The position numbers were made by a program, and so were the translations under genes. This document shows, in pieces, positions 58,406-64,000 of a stretch of 64,000 nucleotides of DNA. The number at the start of each line of letters is the position of its first letter. Position 1 is the stretch's first letter. The notes under the pieces are model-generated. The model saw nothing but the letters and a program-made list of their open reading frames with translations, was not told where the DNA came from and did not search any database. Source of the stretch: Eledone cirrhosa (taxonomy: Eukaryota); assembly GCA_964016885.1 (NCBI GenBank), contig OZ024758.1, positions 12,028,001-12,092,000 on the forward strand, given 5' to 3'.

Positions 58406-58490
58406 GTTATTATGTTCATATATAACAAAGCCAACAATACAGTACAATGACGAAATATATTAGTTTAATGCTTAATATAGTAGGAAAGTA

Positions 58491-58528
58491 ATCTTGACAT
58501 TTCAGTCAATAGTCCTTCATCAAAAGAT
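58491..58528 (-). ncRNA. Minimal hammerhead motif, slightly decayed
   Basis: Minus strand: ATCTT-TTGATGA-AG..CT-GAAAT-GTC-AAGAT; two C>T changes from CTGATGA/GAAAC-GTC; abuts (TA)n. Confidence 0.6.
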
Positions 58529-58973
58529 ATATATATATATATAGGCACAAGACCAACAATATTTGGGCATAGGGGAAAGTCAATTAAATCGACACCAGTA
58601 CGTTACTGGTATTTTATTTTATCAATCACATAAGGATGAAAAACAAGGCCTACCTTCAATGTTCCACTTATACTGCGAATCTAGTGTCCTATTACAGATA
58701 ATGAGAAGTGTATGAGAAATTCAAGTGGAAATGAAAGAACTGTTAAATTATAAAAAATGTGGTGAGTGTGAGCAAATAACTGAGATAGGATCCTTATATT
58801 TTCAGCACCTGCAAATTTAATAAACATAGTTTCTATAGTGAAAATATGGCATTGTTATTGGGTGTGAAAAAATAATTCAATGGTGGAAATCGTAGGAGAG
58901 AAAATTAAACAATGACGACAGGGATAATTATACAGGAAATAAATATAGAGACTCATTTGGCAAGTTTAATATA

Positions 58974-59160
58974 TAATTGTTTCTACTCTTGGCACAAGGC
59001 CAGCAATTAACCAGTGCATTACTGGTACTTTATTTTATCGACCCCGTAAGGATGAAAGGCAAAGTTAACCTCGGCGGGAATTGAACTCGGAATGGGAAGG
59101 GACGTAACTCTTTGCGTCAAAGCATGGCGTCCGACCCTCTACCGATACTGCTAATCCACC
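58974..59160 (-). mobile_element. Dominant SINE
   Basis: Matches the consensus. Confidence 0.87.
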
Positions 59161-59358
59161 AAATGTTGACAAGAAGATGAGAAAGTAATAGAAGAAGAAA
59201 TTTAGGAGTAGGAGGTGGAGGAGGAATGATATCAACAATTTCAATACAAAAGAACGAATTCAAGAAAAACATTGTTAATTCTAATTTTATCAAGAAATGT
59301 ATCTCTTCTCCTCCGACACTTTCTCTCTCTCTCTCTCTTTCACTATATGTTTTCACAC

Positions 59359-59457
<99 letters not shown>

Positions 59458-59570
59458 AATATAGAAGAGCTTCTACAGGACTAGAACTGTTTCATTCACA
59501 TTTATACTCTGCTATGTATTGAGTACCTTCTTTACTGGGGATACCTCCGATTCAACCCGGAATAATTTAT

Positions 59571-59627
<57 letters not shown>

Positions 59628-59818
59628 CAAATGAATTGTGGTAAGGAACCAGATGGAACATAACGCACCAGAGTATTCAATACTTAGGGTAGTAGAGTGG
59701 GAAATAGGAAAAAGTATGACCCCGACGGCAGAGCTCAAGCCGTTTCGATGGCTATTTCTGGACTCCAGAAATAGCCGTCTAAATGGCTTGAGCTCTGCCG
59801 TCGGGGTCATACTTTTTC

Positions 59819-59865
<47 letters not shown>

Positions 59866-60138
59866 TGTATGTGTGCGTGTGTGTGTATATTCACATGTAC
59901 ATATATATATATATAAATATATATATATGTATGTATGAGTGTGTGTATGAGAGTGAGTGTGTGCATGTGTTTATAGTGAAAGTAACTCACAGACAAAGAT
60001 TTACATATATATGTATATAAATAAATATATATATATATATATACACACCTAACTTACATATATGTATATCTATCTATTTATGTCTCTCTCTCTCTCTCTC
60101 TTCTATCTCTCTCCCTCTCTCTCTCTCTATATATATAT

Positions 60139-60190
<52 letters not shown>

Positions 60191-60251
60191 TTATATATAT
60201 ATATTTATATATATATATATATATAATATATATATGCATACATCATACATA

Positions 60252-60323
<72 letters not shown>

Positions 60324-60378
60324 GAGGTTATATTTAATTTGTTGGGATTCAACAAGCTTAAACATTTTAACAAGCTTA

Positions 60379-60527
<149 letters not shown>

Positions 60528-60786
60528 TATATATAAACATATGCATATAGTTTCAAACTTTCCAGACACTGTTTCCACTGGAATGATTTTTTTAACCATT
60601 TGTTAGCATTTTCGGATACCAGAAGAGATGAATCCGATTAATGCAGTATTTGTAGACTTGTAATAAATCTACATTAAACGTACTCAGCACAAAATTACGT
60701 TGCATCTTTTATGGTGGGTCTTGTATTTAAGTTATACAATTAGAACTGTATAAGTATGTATATATATATATGTATGTATGTATGTA

Positions 60787-60819
<33 letters not shown>

Positions 60820-60846
60820 ATATGTGTGTGTGTGTGTATATATATA

Positions 60847-60918
<72 letters not shown>

Positions 60919-60958
60919 AAAATATATATATATATATGTAAATATATATATATATATG

Positions 60959-61095
<137 letters not shown>

Positions 61096-61472
61096 GTGTG
61101 TAAATATATATATATATATGTAAATATATATATATACAGCAACCAAACCAACCAAACAGTGAGCGTGTTCTGTTATTAATTCTGGCAAAATTACACAAAT
61201 ATGACCCTCCCCAAGTATAACAATATATATATACACATATATATATATTTAAGTATGTTAATATATATATATATATTGTTATACATGGGGAGAGTCATAT
61301 TGTTGTAATAATATTGCCAGAATTAATAACAGAACACACTCACTGTTTGGTTGGTTTTCGCTTCTGTATCTTTTATATCAGTTAATTTATTCGGTCCTCA
61401 ATGTTTACCATTGACTGACCAACGGTCAAAAATACAGATATAATATAGACACAAAAACATATATATAGTCTA

Positions 61473-61512
61473 ACAAAGTTCTTTTGCTGCACATATGCAA
61501 CATCGTCAGTGG
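61473..61512 (-). ncRNA. Hammerhead motif (family L), decayed
   Basis: Minus strand: CCA-CTGACGA-T-GTTGCA-TATG-TGCAGC-AAAAG(GAAAG expected)-AA-CTT-TGT. Confidence 0.5.
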
Positions 61513-61569
61513 TGCTATTATGTTTCCTCGTGTTGTATTGTATGTCTACGCCATCTTTATTTAATTTTT

Positions 61570-61608
<39 letters not shown>

Positions 61609-62131
61609 TTTTTGTCTTCTTCTCTGCGCATGCGTTTGGTGGGGTATATAGTGTTTGATGTGTGTTCGCGTTTGGGTGACTGTGTTTTGGTTATTGTATT
61701 CTATCTTAGTTAACTAGTGTGTGTTTATATGTTTGGTCTTATTGTGCTTGTGTATATATTCATGCATTTATTTATATTTCTCTTAGGTCAGTATTGTTTG
61801 TTTGGGTGTTGTTGTTATTCCATTCATTTTTTCTGTTTACTTTTGGTCTTTTAAGTCCTGTTTCACTGCCCTCTCTGATTTGCCTATCTGCTGGGTCATT
61901 TCTATGTTTAGATATTATTTTAATTTCTATGTTGTCTATGTTACCGTGATGTTGTTGTGTGGCGTGTTCGTATAGTACTGAACCGTTTTTACTTCATTTT
62001 AGTTCCCTCCAGTGTTGGTCTATCATTTAACCTATGCTACGAGCTGTCCTGCCTATGCCATGTTTCTGCAAGTACCCTCTGAACATCTTATGCTATAGAC
62101 TACGTTTCTAGTCTATATATATATAAGTATG

Positions 62132-62209
<78 letters not shown>

Positions 62210-62216
62210 TATCTAA

Positions 62217-62257
<41 letters not shown>

Positions 62258-62376
62258 GTTCAAGGAAAGAACAAATAGATGTACAAAGAGTCTTATTAGT
62301 TTCACGCTATATATGGAAAAGGGGAAAGAAAGTTTGACGTGTCGGATGTGTGCCTATATGTATGTGTATTATATAT

Positions 62377-62549
62377 AATTGTTTCTACTATTCGCACAAG
62401 GCCAGCAAGTATTCCAGTGCATTACTGGTACTTATTTTATCGACCCCGTAAGGATGAAAGGCAAAGTTAACCTCGGTGGAATTTGAACTCAGAATGGCAA
62501 AGTCCGTAAAAGCATGGTGTCCGACCCTCTATCAATACTGCCAATCCAC
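62377..62549 (-). mobile_element. Dominant SINE
   Basis: Matches the consensus. Confidence 0.85.
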
Positions 62550-63226
62550 TGGAATTTTATTAGCTTGCAGTTATCAAGCTTCCATAGATCTGACAAAATT
62601 GATGTTGACGTTGATCCCGATATATACGACTACAAGTATAATAACCCACTAAAGAATTCTAAAAGTATATATAATTGTGTAATTCAATTTTTATAGACAT
62701 TATTTCTCGACTCCCACTAAATTAAACATATTGGGAATATCCTTTGTTCTACAAAATATGAAACACCTGTCAATTAACAATACTCCTTTTGTTGGATTTA
62801 CTGCTTTGAAAATATATTTCGTCAATTTTCAGATATTTTGGAAATTTATCAATAATTCCTTGAACCTATTTTGAATCCTAATAGGAATTCTTATTTACAA
62901 TTTTGAAGTTCATATTTTGTTTATGTTAAGTACATCATTATTTTTTGTATTTCAAAGTTACTTTCCGCAGATGGTTTTTTTATCACAATACACTGGTTAG
63001 TTATTTGTAAAATTAATTGGTTGTTTTGTTTATTAACGAAGCTCAAAAGACTATCCAGCTGATGCTTGTTTATTCAAGTCTGGTGCGGGGGGATTTCCTA
63101 CTGGGCAGAAGTAAAGTTCATCACAGGCTCAAACCTCGCGTTATTTCTAGTTCTAACATTTAGCTGATTCTAGCGAGTTATATTGATGCTTCACATTTGG
63201 ATGAAAGATAGACACCGACTCACACA

Positions 63227-63329
<103 letters not shown>

Positions 63330-63397
63330 GCTTGCGTAAGTGTATATATATATATATATATATATATACATACACATGTATATATATATTTGTTTGC

Positions 63398-63453
<56 letters not shown>

Positions 63454-63468
63454 TCACACGCGCACACG

Positions 63469-63522
<54 letters not shown>

Positions 63523-63653
63523 TAATAATATATGTATGTATAAGGACAGTCAGGACCCCGACGGCAGAACTCCGACCGTTTCGACACCTAGATCCGAAAT
63601 ATATATATAATTGGAAACGTTGTTGTCATCGCTAGCATTTCTTCTCTCTGTAT

Positions 63654-63744
<91 letters not shown>

Positions 63745-63917
63745 TAACAGATTAATCTGTTATTTTAATAAATATTTGCTCTAGGGTTCTTATATATTTG
63801 ATATATATTTGATATATATTTATCCTTATCTTGCCACCTCTTTGGATTTTAGTCTTTACATTTTTATTATTACCATATATATATATATATATATATAATA
63901 GATACATATATATATAT

Positions 63918-63919
<2 letters not shown>

Positions 63920-64000
<81 letters not shown>
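63920..64000. repeat. (GATA)n microsatellite
   Basis: Directly visible. Confidence 0.95.

Overview
This window is very AT-rich, microsatellite-laden eukaryotic DNA, most likely from an octopod cephalopod (inferred from the dominant ~190-bp SINE and other repeats resembling Octopus SINEs). Almost all ORFs in the supplied track are microsatellite artefacts. Reading for splice sites reveals one intact spliced gene that the ORF track misses: a + strand, signal-peptide-bearing, four-EF-hand protein of ~139-140 aa (coding exons 11433-11482, 13627-13769, 14283-14447 and 16609-16670, plus a probable 5' exon ending in ATG at 8223). The rest is ~28 SINE copies or fragments, RTE and CR1 LINE 3' fragments, Tc1/mariner MITEs and simple repeats. 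The most striking signal is a dense set of short non-coding elements sitting in (TA)n microsatellites, frequently as fold-back inverted duplications. They carry type I hammerhead ribozyme motifs (about 14 near-canonical copies plus degenerate ones, in at least 7 distinct sequence families). Several show short or palindromic stem III, a U3:A8 covariant core or an expanded stem II. This fits non-autonomous Penelope-like or retrozyme elements targeting TA repeats. All folds were made by eye; no searches or folding programs were run.
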